Origin: Balanoglossus misakiensis
Taxonomy: Eukaryota; Animalia; Hemichordata
NCBI GenBank assembly: GCA_040954595.2
Contig: CM082577.2
Span: 8,333,846 to 8,397,845, forward strand
DNA: 64,000 bases
Reading direction: 5' to 3'
How positions within the stretch are numbered: the first letter of the stretch is position 1; each line of letters opens with the position of its first letter. The translations under genes were made by a program, and so were the position numbers. The notes below the pieces were generated by a model that made no database searches, was not told where the DNA came from, and saw only the letters and a program-made list of their open reading frames with translations. Positions 47,114 to 60,180 of this stretch are shown here, piece by piece.

Positions 47114-50100
47114 GGGGTCTTCTCCACTTTTAGTTTACCATGACTATTAATTTATGTAATAGTCATTTTTGAATCAACTTTTTGAAGAAAATTTTCATGT
47201 AAAAAGATTTCTGCTTCCCATCCCATCTAACACCAAAATTGCTACTGAGAAGGAATTAAACTTAATCATGAGTCACTTTTGAACAAACTGAATTTACAAC
47301 CACTAGTCGTAGATAGAAACATTTGTCCACGCATCTTGATATTTTGGCAGTTCAAAAAATATAACACTGGTTTAAAATATAGAAGAAGATCCCAGAATTC
47401 ATGTTGCTGCTGCTGTGCCTCTACTTTACAGAACTTCCATTCTTGGCTACTTTGCAACTTGTAGAAGCGACTAAATCCACGAGGAGGACGGAGAACTTGT
47501 GCAAATAAAAACAGATTATCAGTTACAAAGACAATCTGAGAGCATCACCCAAGAAAAGGCTACAGTTTACTTTTTAGATTCGACGGCGTTAATAGTTGGT
47601 CGCTCAGAAAGGACGCACTTAGCAGAAGGTCACTGAAAGAAAAGATGGATTGCAAATGCAACACGCAATTGTTACAATGAAAGATGGGAGCTGTGTGTAT
47701 ACTGATCGTGGAAGGGGGGGGGGGGTTAGCGAGAAACTGTTTGTATTGATGGAAAAATAATCCGGGATAAAGGCAGGTAGGCAGCGAAACAATTGGACAG
47801 CTATGGACTTAACCTTGCTGTGAAAACAAATGTATAGATGAAGCTTTTCCCATCCATTCATTGTCAGTTTCTCAAGGGTTATATGAAAAGTACGGTACTT
47901 AGCGCAGAGCAGCTCTGTGAGTTGTGTACTTTTTCTCTGTGTGTGTTTTTTTAATCTTTCTCGCTTGGAGGAAACTTTGACAAGTTCATATTATTGTTTT
48001 GCTATCCCATGTTGAAGCAAAACACCATTGGAGTGATCTAGTTTCTATTGACTCAAGTCTCTATTATCAAGGGAGGACACACCCACCATACTGCAGAGAG
48101 CCAGGTTTAATAAAAATGTAGATAATGGCGGGCCGTGAAAAATGGAATTATGACAAATTTGTGTGGAATTCTCTGTCCCCGACAGCGAGCAAATATTAAG
48201 GGAGCTGTATTTAAACAAAGGGATGTGGGAATGGTTTTCACAATGGGTAAATATAGCTGTTCGGAAAATCACAGTAAGGTAAACAATCTCTTGATTTTTT
48301 TTTTCTGGACAATTACCTTGTTCATAAACCAGGTATCCAGGGGTGTATAAATGCTGACAGTGTGTTGTGCGGCGTGTGAATGGTGCGCTCAAACAAAGTT
48401 CCACAAAAAAAAATAGATTTACTCATGAAAGGCTGGGCGGCAAACGTGCGGTAGGACTCAACACACACTGTGTGCAACGCGGTGAAAAGGGAAAATTCTT
48501 GAAGTCTCACAACCCCGAAACCCGAACAACAAAATGCTTTGAAAGTGACCTGTCACTGTCAAACCCTGCAACCCAACAAAGCTGACGAGTTTCAGGAATT
48601 TCAGGACGATGTCTTGTACTGTAGTGACCTATACGCAAAGCAACATTACTGAATCGTATCTATGGCTGATTTCGTTTCAAACGTGTATCTCTTTCCTCTG
48701 CACCTAGAGTTGACATAGACCCTCTTTTTGTTGTGTCTCTGCCAAAGACAACAATAATTTGTGTTTCTATTAGCAAGCCTCTCATTAAGCCTCGAAATCA
48801 ATGGAGCAGGTGTGAAAGTGTTCAGTTTTATGAGCCTGGTGGACAATTGCCGATATGCATAACATTTGCATGAGACTTAGAATGAATAACTTTGTTCAAA
48901 GTCTGCCTTAATGCCCAGCCAGGACAACTTGCAAATGCTGGACATGATCTCAAACTACGTCAAAGGCCGCTCCACAACTTGAACTACACACGTAATAAAA
49001 AACACACCCCACTTTTTAATTTGACTGGGGTGTCCTTCAGAAGTCAGCGCTGTCTTGTAAAGTTTATCCTTGGGAAACTTCACAAGCTGTGAGAAAATGG
49101 ACTTGGACAAAGTTAGGATAGACATGTGACCAGACTCAGTGTCCTTTACGGGCTGCAGTTTTAATATTAACTCCATCCTGTCTTTGTGAAGCGGACAGCG
49201 TCGATTGTTTGAAGCCAGTCAGGGGTACAACCTACACTTATAGTGGATTCAATTCTGATTTTTATTCCCTGGGTGTGTATACGCACCGACCAAGGTCTTT
49301 TACTCAAACTTGACTGAACAGTGCGTGATAACATCCTGGCTATACTGCGATAAAATTTTACACTTTTTTTCCGTATTTCGCTCCATTGCTATACCTCTGT
49401 GCAGTGTTTCCATGGAAAGGGCAGTAACCTTCCTTTTGTGGAACGGATAGGCCATAATCTTCCACATTAATGATGTGCCTGTGGCAACAGAGACTCACTT
49501 CTGTATGGAGCGGCTCTCTCCCTCTCTGGCCGGGACCGACAGCTCATGTCCATGTCAGCACAATAGCCAATACCTGCGTCATGAAAGACATCGGCCCGGG
49601 GGCCTGCTGAAAACTGAACTGCAATTGTCAAAGGCACCCAGCAGTCTGACCTGTTGACCTATCAACTCCCTCGGCAAGAAAGTTCCCAACACTGCCGATA
49701 TCAATCACACAGTTTTCGTAGAGACAAAAGCTAAAAAAAAAAAAACTGGACCGGCCAGGTCTATTGTTTTTGACACCTGAGCAATTAATAGCAGCCAGGC
49801 AGGCACTGGGGGTCTCGACCAGACAAAATATCGCATTAAACTGTCTGTTTTCTTTACCAATTATGGAAGCATTATTACAGAAAAGGTTTGGAAAATCAAC
49901 TGTTGACACTCTCAAGGAGCCACCGTGGATTTCCCAGCGCGAACCTTTGACTGATTAGCCTGCTTGGTGCCATTCGGTTTGGCCCGTCTGAAGGGAAACT
50001 ACTTTAAGATAATTGCGGGGAGGTTGACACTCTTTTTCAGCTCTAAAGACAAAACTCATTAGCGACAATTAGGGGTTAAGTTTCAAGTTGTGAATTCCAC

Positions 50101-53100
50101 GTTGACAGGTTGTCTGTTCCTTCCAACGCACAAAGATGGAATTTATAACAACAACCACAGTTTGGCTGCAGACAGTGGATTCAGAAAAGGCCTGCTGGAT
50201 GGAACTTAACAACAGACAGAGACAGTCCCTGTGTGCAACCGATAATAGAGTTTGTCAATGTGTTTGCAAACTTTGACAAGTACAAGAAATGCATTCTGTT
50301 TTGTTTGTCCGGAATGTTAAACAAACAAAACGGTCCATCTATGTCGACGACGGACGGGTGCCAGGCAGTAGCTTCCATCATCAAGTCGAAACTATAAATG
50401 TCTATAACTGCTCATGACCTGTGACCAAAACAAGACTGCTCATCAAATACGCTTGGCTAGCTCTGCGATTATCACTTTCTCTTGAATGCTGAGTGAAATA
50501 ATAGACAAGCGAAGGTTAAAAGCTGTTCAGAGAAAAGTTTGTGCACTCAAAATGCCATCAATGTAAACTGAATGACTCCTTTAAAACACACCCTACTATA
50601 TCTTATTGCTGACTTTTACCTTGAGAAAGACATTTACCTGAGACTAGTATAGTCTATACACATCATTAAGGCTATCCTTTCAATGAACTGCAATCGCACT
50701 GTAAGTGGAGGTTTTTTTTGGTGATTTATTTAACAGCAAAATGAGATTATTTCGCACATTTTGTGCCACTGAGTCACTTATTACGAAATAATAAGAAATG
50801 GGGTTCATTAACCTTGGATTGCAAACTTGTCTACGTCAGTCAGAACTCAGCCGAACTGAAACTGAGAACTCTTACTACTCTCTACTCAAGTAAAAGAACC
50901 ATGGTTGTGACTTGTTTTGTAAATTCTTAGGACTGTGATGAGTAATTATGATTTTTTTTAATTTGTACATTAATTAAAGCAAAAATCACAATGTGTTGCA
51001 TTTTTTTTTCAAGGGGAAAATGCCCCAATATTTATTTTCAGAAGTGATTTACCATGAAGTCATGTTCACTTAAAGCAAATTAAAGATTATTTATTGTATT
51101 TGATTTGAATGTGGGTAACTGCTGTGTGTGATAAATCACAGACTGTCTGTCGATGGATTAAGCTATACTTTTGAAAGTTTGAGAAGTGGTTTTTCACGAG
51201 TCACCCCTTTTGCATATGACTGTCACGAAAAGGCAATCAGAGACAGACAGACACAACTCGCCCCTCCATAATTAGCATTCAGCAGACAGGCTCCAAATAT
51301 TACATCACAAAACCAACACAGCAGCATCTGGCACCTGAGAATTATGTGATAATGATCTCATTCAGAAAATCTGCTGAAACTGTGAATACAGTTCAGATTG
51401 ATTTCAACTTGCAACCTGATCAAATAACAAAATTTTTAAGGTGCATGAATTTTAAGGACAGGTGAGATTTTAACAGTGTTGGCGTGTTTGTTTTTTAGAC
51501 TTCACAATGGTAGTCATGGCTACCTGTTCACTGTCCCCGCAAACATTCAGTTCTATTGTAAATGAAAGAAGTCTTGAAGTCTTCTTCAAGCAAACTAGGA
51601 TTTTTCAAATCAAGCTGAAAGGCACTACGGAAAACAAATACATTTCCAATCAACAAAATCTGTATAGGTGGTAAACTAGCTGTAAATGTTTTTTGCTCTA
51701 ACAAAACAATATATTCTATTTTTTTGTGTTTTAGTCCAGAAATTCAATATCTCTTCAACTCGAGTTAAACACTGACCTATATGCATCATGTACAATGTCA
51801 AAAATATTTGGTCTTGATGAATAATTTTTGACATGAAAATTTTCATATACACCTTATAAGTGAAGTTAAGCTATTATACACTGTATCTCACTTGATAATC
51901 AGTCTGTTGTGTGCTGAATTTGAAAAAAAAGTTTAAGATTTGAAACCTAGAAACTGGTCTGTATATAAAGCAAACCAAAGTTTGTCGTAACTAAATCAAT
52001 ATAAACAGGTTTTTCCACATGGCAGTTGACAGTTTTACAGTGATAACCTCAGTGGGACAGACAGTTTTAAAAAAATACTGTACCAGTATATGACGTCACC
52101 TGTCATTTGTGTTATCTTTTATAATATTGACATGTACAGACATGTTTTGGCTGGCAAAAAAAGAGTTGGTATCATTATATACACACAGCAAAGAAGCAAT
52201 AGCACAAGATCATCTTGCACACGACAACTTCTTTTCAGTGATATAACATTGACAGTGATGAAAAAACGCCATTTTTTTCCTCTTGCAAATATGATGAAAA
52301 AAATGCCATTTTTTTCCTCTTGCAAATATGGACGGTGCCTAGCACCAAGATAAATGGCCTAAGCTCCTTTACTTTAAAAAAAATAGCTTTCAAGGGTGAT
52401 AAGGGTCTAACTTTACAAATCTGTGAACTTAGTGTGATAAAGTTCATGGGCTTTAGATTCACATCAACCAGAGAGGACTTAATTCAATTTACAAATAGAA
52501 TAAATGATAATAACAGAAATCTATTTTCCCCGAAGCAGAATCAATTGTATAGATATATCTCAATTGAACATTCTTTCAAATATAACACTTAAAGTGTAAA
52601 AAAAGACGTACCCCTTTCTGGGAGATTTCCACAAGATCTCACCACGATGCCATAACCTCTCCAAGGATCACCCATTGGGGCGTCAACTAACATGGGCGCT
52701 GGAGGAGATCTTGAAGGAGATACAATGTCCAACATGATGTACAATTCCGAGGAAGACACATGCTCCGGCAGAGTTGTTCCCGGTGGTAATCCTAAGAAAT
52801 TGCACTTCCAGAAATCTTCGTACTGATTGGCGTACGAAATAATCCGACAGCATCCAATGGGAAGAAGTTGCTGTAATAATCCCGGAAAAAGGGAAGATGC
52901 AGTATTAGAGCCATGGTGAACTGAGACACTCCAGGACAAATGCAACAGCGACTATTTCCAGTATGTGCACGGTGAATGCTTGAGCATGCAGGGTCACATT
53001 AATACTGGTCACTTGAGACACCTGTAGCTACCTGAACATTTCAAGTTCAGACTTGTCCTGAATATGACACGTGCCAGGCGTATGCAGGGTGGTCGCGGCA

Positions 53101-56100
53101 CGTGCCGGCCTGGGCCTTGTTGGGAATTTTGCCAGCAGTTTTTCATTTATCACAGGCCCATAGAATGAGTGCATCATCAGACTTTCTGAACTATCAACCT
53201 TCAATGACATACATACTACATACATCTTAGCTGCTTTCTAGTACATAAAAACTCTGTTAGTCATTGCAAGCTCATAATGTGTATTTCAGACAGAGAGATG
53301 ATACTTAGGGAAACTTTGTCAAACTAACATCACCCATATGGTAGATCCATCACAAACAATTATTTATGCATTTTCTGTCATTGCAGAATGATATCAAATT
53401 CATTCATCATTTCAATCCTGCTGTGCACAATAATTTCAAAATTTCTGCAAATCTTAATTACGACACTTTTTAACTAATGCAACTCTTCTTTCTATATTAT
53501 TTCATTGCAAGTTTCTCTTATTTTTTTTTTAATTCTCAGCTTCATTTTAGAGAAAGAGCCAGACAACATGCAAAATCTGTTTGATAGGAAATAACTAAAA
53601 TCTGACATAATTTTGTGGCTATGTCCTTCACTTCCATGCACAAAACAAACACAGATTTAAGAGATGTGTGTCTGAGGATATGACAGCTATCTCATGTCAT
53701 GCCGGGTCTGGCAGGTTTATGACACTTGTATGAAAACTTACATGACAGATGTGTTTACGACTGGTTTCGTACGTAGAGCTGTCTTCATGTAAGGGATTTA
53801 ACATGGATCATCTGATAGGGCTGTACATTGATACGTTTAAAAATGTCAAAATTTCTGTCATTCAACTGAACTTGACTGACACGGATATTTGGCATGAGGG
53901 ATTCAACATGGATCATCTGATAGGGTTTTACATTGATACGTTTAAAAATGTCAACATTTCTGTCATTCAACTGGACTTGACTGACACGAATATTTGGCAT
54001 GAGCGATTGTTATCACGAGTGCTTGAAGACTTACGACAAATGATGTCTGAAACATTCCTAACAATATTACCATAGAGACTTCCCTTTATCAGTTGGTTTA
54101 CATTTTGTGAACATGGCTTCTTTGCCTACTCATTCCACCTGTGTTGACCTCGGGTCAATAGTAACCATTGCAGGTGTCAAGAAAGCCCTGTTGGACATTG
54201 TTTGCGTTGTGCGGAAAAACAGTGGTGGGGGAGAGATAAGGGCACACATCTCAAATAATTCCTAATTGTTCTTTAACTGGTTACTGATTCCTAACTGGCC
54301 CCGTTGTTTTCTTTAAGTTGATAATAAACTTTAAACTGATGACAGATATATTAGTCTATCAATAAATGAAAAGTTGTAAAATCTGCTGAGAGAGCTTTGA
54401 CTTTGAATTCTTTATACATTCAGAGAAAAACTTTTTTCCCTTTGAAGGTATTTCTAAAAAATATCTTACTTCCATCACACACCCACCACTTTGCTAGAAT
54501 TTGGCAGAGGCTTGATAAAAAAAATTGACTTTTGTTTAAACGGCAGAGCTGTGTCATGTCATAGCTACAGGTGCTTGAGATGAACTGTGTGAAAAGTCAA
54601 CACTTGGAAGAACAATGGTTTACCTTCAATACACTAATGGCCGATTCCACAGTTTTCGGTTGCTCGCATCGAATTATGATCTGGTTCCCGATCAGGACAT
54701 GGTGGCCCACACTCTGAAAATCTGGAGCTCCTAAAAGCTGTGAAATGAGAACAAAAAACAAAATCTAATTCAGTTATCATGGTAACAGATGTAAAGAGTT
54801 GCTGATTTGGACTTTTAAAGAATGAGAAAAAATAAAGTTTGCCAATTCTAAACCAAATGACTTGCCAATGAAACTGAATCACACTGTGCTTTCTGTCATT
54901 TAATTAAAATAATTGTAAATTATATTTCAGAGTATCAGAGTGCAGCTAACTGTTCAGAAATGGATCTATTAACCAATGTCTGTACATATCTGCAGTGATT
55001 ATACGTACAGTTGAAAGCCAAATCTTTAACATTTTGAATGCACTATCAATGCAAGACAACAACTTAACCCTTGTATTTCCCTAAATTAAATGCAGATATT
55101 TTCTCCAAACACTTGAAAGACAATTTCAGGACACAACAGGTCCCTTTCACATTTTCCCGCTAAGCCCATTGAAGACTTTCCTTTTTTCTGATCCCACTGT
55201 CAAGAAATGCAGCTTGTGCAAACACGCACAGGGGAGGGCTGAGCAAAATATATGCAAATCCATTTTAGGGAAACAACTGTTTTATAGAAAGCCCGTGAAA
55301 GTAAATTGTAGACAGTGCAAGTGTTATGTTGTCCTGGAATTGAAAGACCTGTACACTTTTTGTTTGTTCTTTTGGAAATTTCGTAAGATTAATTTTGATG
55401 GACAGAACTGGTGACTATATACAGATTACTGACCAACTGAATAGATTATTTTTGGTACAATTGGGATGACAAGATTTGTAGGAGGGAAGCAACTGGGATT
55501 TGATTGATGAAGCTTTCTACTACCACTGACGAATGGGCCTCTGGGGACATTGCTGGTTGGAAAAGGGTACGGGAGTTGGGGTGGGTGCCTTGACAACGGG
55601 CTGGAGGGCATAAGCGCCTTGTAGCACAGGTTGTCATGGGTAACGTTGTATAAAAGAAGCTGAGGTTGAGGTGCCCAGTAGTCTGTTCTGGTTGCATTTG
55701 TGGGGCACTCGGTAGTTTTGCATTGCGGAAAAGTTAAGACACTCTGTAATTAGGACTCATTTGGGTGTCGTGGTGACAGAAAGTCAGATTTTGAGTTGCT
55801 GGGGCACTTCATGCATGGATATTGATGTGATCTGTTTCATTTGTGACATGCATTCCATCCCAACAACAGGGCAGAAGTTGATGGAAGATATCCAATATCT
55901 CATATCACTGTCCTAGGTACAGTGTAGTGAACTCAAAGGGAAATTGAAGCCAAACAAACACACCAATTGGTATGATGAGAGGGGGATTGTAAAATATAAC
56001 GTAAACATGAAAACTTCATATTTCACCTAGGTGCTACACAACTTTAAGAATTAAGCATCCTGTGTGAATTACAAGAAGATTGCAAAGCATTATATGCAAA

Positions 56101-59100
56101 GCAGAATGCTTGAAGGAAAGGATTTCAATCAAAGTGTAGTTTGAAAGTAATTCGATACCTGTTCACACCTACAAATGTGCACAGGAGAGCGCAATGACAT
56201 AACTGCCCTGTCACCATTTGATAAATCTTAATTTCATGACAAATTTGACCTGCAGGTTGACAGGGTGACCTGCATTTGTAAAACTTAAAAGCCAAGGATA
56301 GATTGTGGGGGATTTGAAAATGGCCTTGGCACTAATCAATCTTTGCTTTATAGTTGACCTTGATTTTGAACATGCAATCACTGCAGGTGACTCCAATTCC
56401 AGTCCTGCGCAAGCGATCGCAAATCTTAAAATGCACTTTCTTGCTCAACTGTCTTATAACAGTCGATCAAAGTGGCTCAAGGAATCGTTGTGTTACTGTA
56501 ATTGCCCTGGCGATCGACACACCCAACTACAGTGTAGATGCGTGTCTGACTGACTGTTGACATAGCCAGATAGCAGTTCACAAATGTTGACCCACTGAGT
56601 TCAATTAGAATGGTGGGGTGCCCTGAACAGACAAACAAACAAAACAGGTACCCTGGTCCAAGTACACACACTGTCCAATTATAGTGTCTGACACACTCGA
56701 CACAATCTCTGCAAATCATGTTGGCAAAGTTCTGTGTCTATCTGTACAACTTTCGCCCTGACAAAATTCCATCTTGCATTGGTGACTCTGATATTAGCCC
56801 CAACCGTTCTTTTGAAAATGAATCTGTATTGGCAATCAAGATGTCAGTATTTACCACAAAGGAGTCTCGTAGGTTACTACGAAAATTTAAGCAACCAAAC
56901 GGTGAATCAAAGACTGCATTAAAGAAATGAAGGTGTGGGTCATCGGATATCACCCAGGTACCAATGGATTTTAATTTACACCATGGCATCGCACCATCCC
57001 TTGACATGCCCGTGTTAAGGTCTTCACACCATCCCTTGACACGACCATGTCAACTTGACTGGATCAAAGTTTGACAATTTGAGGATTGGCAACAAAAGCC
57101 ACTTTCATCGGTATGCAAATAGATTTCTGCCATGGCTTGAGCATCTGTGATTTTTGCCCCCGATATGCTAACTGTTTTATGGTGGTCGCTGTGATTGCAA
57201 GTCAGGTTGCTTGACCAACTTGTTAATTGCTAACAGCAAATTGAAAAAACATTCCCATGAAGAGATTTATCCATCTACAAACTGGTGTCCATCGTGTTTT
57301 CTGTCCACGTCGACCATCTTTCCATCTGAACATTAAATTTCCTTTGCAAGCAAAACATTGATATTGCTCAATGATCAGGGAATCAAAACAATGGATTTTG
57401 TTGTGAGAAGTGCTATGTTCATTGTAGTCCCTTCCTATTTGCCTTTGTGTGTTTCATCTTAATGAATGTTAAATTATGCAAACTTGAATTGGTTTGCAAA
57501 TAAGCAATGTTGAAGTGTAAATGATTCCATGATAGTTGAGGGGCTGTTGCCAAGTACGACACTAAGTGTCTCCAATGCATCTTTGCCAAGTTCAATCTAT
57601 TTGAAAAGTACACTGCATTCCTGACAACTTTAGTCCTAGTAACCAGGTAGCCACAGCTCCACCTTCAAGGGCTACTGTTGCATAGCAACATGCAGTGGTT
57701 CCCTTGGTATTCCTGTGGGGACTGAACTGAGCATGTGCAGAGGATCTCCATAGACACCTGTGGGAGCTGCCTGACAGAGAAAACAATATGGCTGCTCAGT
57801 TTTTTCTCACGTTCCTTGCAAATAACTCTCAGACCCAGATTCCCCCAGAGCTAGAGAATGTACGATATGTTTGAAGTCAATTTCAGAAAATCTCAGCGAC
57901 TGTTTGCTCTTTTTAATTGATTTACCCGAGATGTGCTTGCTTAACTTTCCCCTAATCAACTTAACTCATTGAGATGTAAATGTTGTTGACAGTGCATTGA
58001 AGTAAAGTGATGATGGCCTTTGCCTGACTTGGCCTCGCACAATGGCCGTCACTGGGACTGTTGCCACGAGTGCGATTGTGTGGGCATTACAGGTGTGACT
58101 GCAACCCATTCTTTCTCCCCAGGAACAGAGTGCGGCGAACAAAAGGGAAATCCCGGCATGAATGCAAATCTGACACCATTGAGACAATGGGATGCCAGTT
58201 CTCTGAGGCTGGATACTGAATGATGGAGTGCATAGCACCTAAGGTTTTCTATTTTCCCCCCACAGTTCACTTGACTGACTGAGAGAGTTTGATTGCCAGC
58301 TGTCACTCGACCACTCCAACAGCATGAGGTCCACACCCGAGATCTAAGGCAATTCACAACAAGTCAAAGATTAGGATGAAAGGCACAGCAAGCGAAGAGT
58401 GAACGGCCACAGAAAGCGGGAAATGGGATGAGGCCATTCATTTGTCCCCTCTCAAAGCTGTGACCAAACTTGTTCGCAATGTTCCCCTCCTCTACAACAA
58501 CAATCAAAGCAAACTATACAGCTAATGACCGACAAACTTCGGCCAAACACCTGCACGCACTTCAAGATTGCTCTCAAAGCTGTCACGTTAGAGACACATC
58601 TTTGTCTCCGAGGGATTTAGTTCCTGGCCAAACTTTCAACAAGAAAAGAGAAACAGTGGGATTGTAGTTTTTCTCGATACTTTGCAATTAGAACAGTAAC
58701 AATGCTATACAATTTCAGCAGCAAATTTCGCGCAGTAGAAAAAAAGACAGAACCTTAAAAGAGAAAAACATGTTTACAGTTTCTATTGACATTGTGACAT
58801 TGACTCTATGGAAGGGGTGGGGAGAATGCGGCTAAAATAAACAGACTTTCACACAAAACTGGGAAGGTAGATTAATCAACTATAACTGATGACAAAATAA
58901 ACATTTCCCTCCCCCTTCCTGAAAATGCGAGAAAAAAAACACATTTTATTATCTTTTCTTATACATCAACCTGAGTGCTATGACTTCAGCTAAAATTGAC
59001 AAACTTGACAAAATTCCCCTTGTCTACCAAAAAGTTGACCAAGTCGGGGAAAAACAGAACAAGGGCCATTAAAAGCAAAAATTTAAGAAACAAACTGAGC

Positions 59101-59783
59101 CACTCTACTTGTGTAAATTAGCTCTGCACTTGAGTTTTTCGTTAGTTGTGTCCTTCCTCAACAAAAGTTGGTGATTGTCGAAATTCACTTTTATGGGATA
59201 ACATATTCAAATGTTCCCCTACAAGATGTAACTTTGCGACTTGTGTACAAATAATGACTCACGCTAATAAATAATCTCGACAATTTTCTCGCCATACTAC
59301 ATTGTATTTAGCTCCTATTGAAAATGTACAGTAAAACACATTAATTTTGCGAGTTAAAATTTTCGCAATATCGAGAGAGGCCACTGTTTTGCGAGTATTA
59401 ATTTTCGCATTCTCTTATTTCATTCACTGCATCGTTATCTCCAAACAAATTCACACAACTTTTTATTTTCATGCTATTTTGGCTCTCGCGTATTTGGCGA
59501 AAATTTATTGCTCGCGAAAATAAAGTGTTTTACAGTAGTTGTGTGTGTACATTATTCAGTTGTTTCAAAAAGCTCTGCTCAATGGAAAACTAAAAAACCA
59601 CTACCAGTACCTGTCTCATTTGTCGCAGGCTTCTAAACACCGGAATACTGCCATCAACATCATCATCAGAATCTTGACTTGTAGTTTCATCGCTACCGAC
59701 TAAAAATGGCTGGATTTTATCTTCTTCTGTTTCTTCTTTTGGTTTTGATTTTGTTGTGATCTTGATGAAACCTTCTTCAGTTT
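43001..59783 (-). CDS. FLCN: Folliculin (Birt-Hogg-Dube protein orthologue), last five coding exons (C-terminal DENN-like region); 5' part lies beyond the window
   Basis: In-phase exons 59783-59611 (...SIPVFRSLRQMRQ), 54737-54624 (LLGAPDFQSVGHHVLIGNQIIIRCEQPKTVESAISVLK), 52870-52612 (QLLPIGCCRIISYANQYEDFWKCNFLGL...), 46972-46870 (PAILCRIDLALSN...LKEEWMN), 43196-43001 (KVKVLFKFSK...EDTDRLLKVLGA...LKFWITGLSAQHRSHL...*). These match human PVFKSLRHMRQ / LPVGCVRIIPYS..CNFLGL / LKEEWMNKVKVLFKF / LKFWMTGLS. Confidence 0.95.
46230..46253. repeat. (GT)12 microsatellite in an FLCN intron
   Basis: Uninterrupted GT run at 46230-46253. Confidence 0.95.
47083..47117. repeat. Abutting homopolymers, T18 then G10-A-G6
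   Basis: Directly visible; run lengths may be affected by sequencing error. Confidence 0.85.
52256..52330. repeat. About 36-37-bp tandem duplication
   Basis: Unit TGATG-A-run-(C/T)GCCA-T-run-CCTCTTGCAAATA starts at 52256 and 52292. Confidence 0.85.
53792..54001. repeat. 105-bp tandem duplication (2 near-identical copies) in an FLCN intron
   Basis: AGGGATT(T/C)AACATGGATCATCTGATAGGG...TTTGGCATG starts at 53792 and 53897, with only a few substitutions. Confidence 0.92.
59327..59537. mobile_element. MITE of about 210 bp with terminal inverted repeats and TA ends (Tc1/mariner-type non-autonomous element)
   Basis: Left end TACAGTAAAACACATTAATTTTGCGAG versus reverse complement of the right end TACTGTAAAACACTTTATTTTCGCGAG; internal ATTTTCGC/GCGAAAAT subrepeats. 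Confidence 0.8.
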
Positions 59784-60086
59784 CTGTAGAATTTAAAGTG
59801 AAAACATATTTAATATATATCAGTTTCTGTCTCATCTTTTTTTTCCTTTAGTTGACATTTGTGTTGCGTGACCCTTGACATCGTCACCTTTGCACTCCTT
59901 GTGACCTTTGTGTTGCTATGCACCTTTACAATGACGGTTTGAAGAACGATGGGTTTGAAACAAAAGTTGGAGTTTAGAAGCGCATTACACGATGCAATAA
60001 CAGAAAAAGCTGCACTTTGTGTCTGTCAGGCAAAATTTGTCTTAAAACTTCATATGCATTTCAAACTTGTGAGGCTTAATTATGCT

Positions 60087-60180
60087 TTAACCCTTTCACC
60101 CCCAGTTCCCTCTTTAGAGGTTCCAACTTTACCATAGGAAACAATGGGGTTGGACTGAACCATTGTGGTGAAAGGGTTGA
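60087..60180. mobile_element. Short TTAA-flanked MITE (piggyBac-like ends)
   Basis: TTAA-CCCTTTCACC ... GGTGAAAGGG-TTGA: perfect 10-bp inverted repeat with a TTAA-type target site, one copy mutated. Confidence 0.7.

Noticed and set aside
9445-54001. CRISPR arrays, operons, rRNA or tRNA genes
   Set aside because: The direct repeats are two-copy tandem duplications without spacers, the DNA is intron-containing eukaryotic sequence, and no tRNA or rRNA signature was recognised.
33825-58170. Repeated octamer ATGCAAAT/ATTTGCAT sites
   Set aside because: Dispersed over the whole window in AT-rich DNA; enrichment cannot be established without a genome background.
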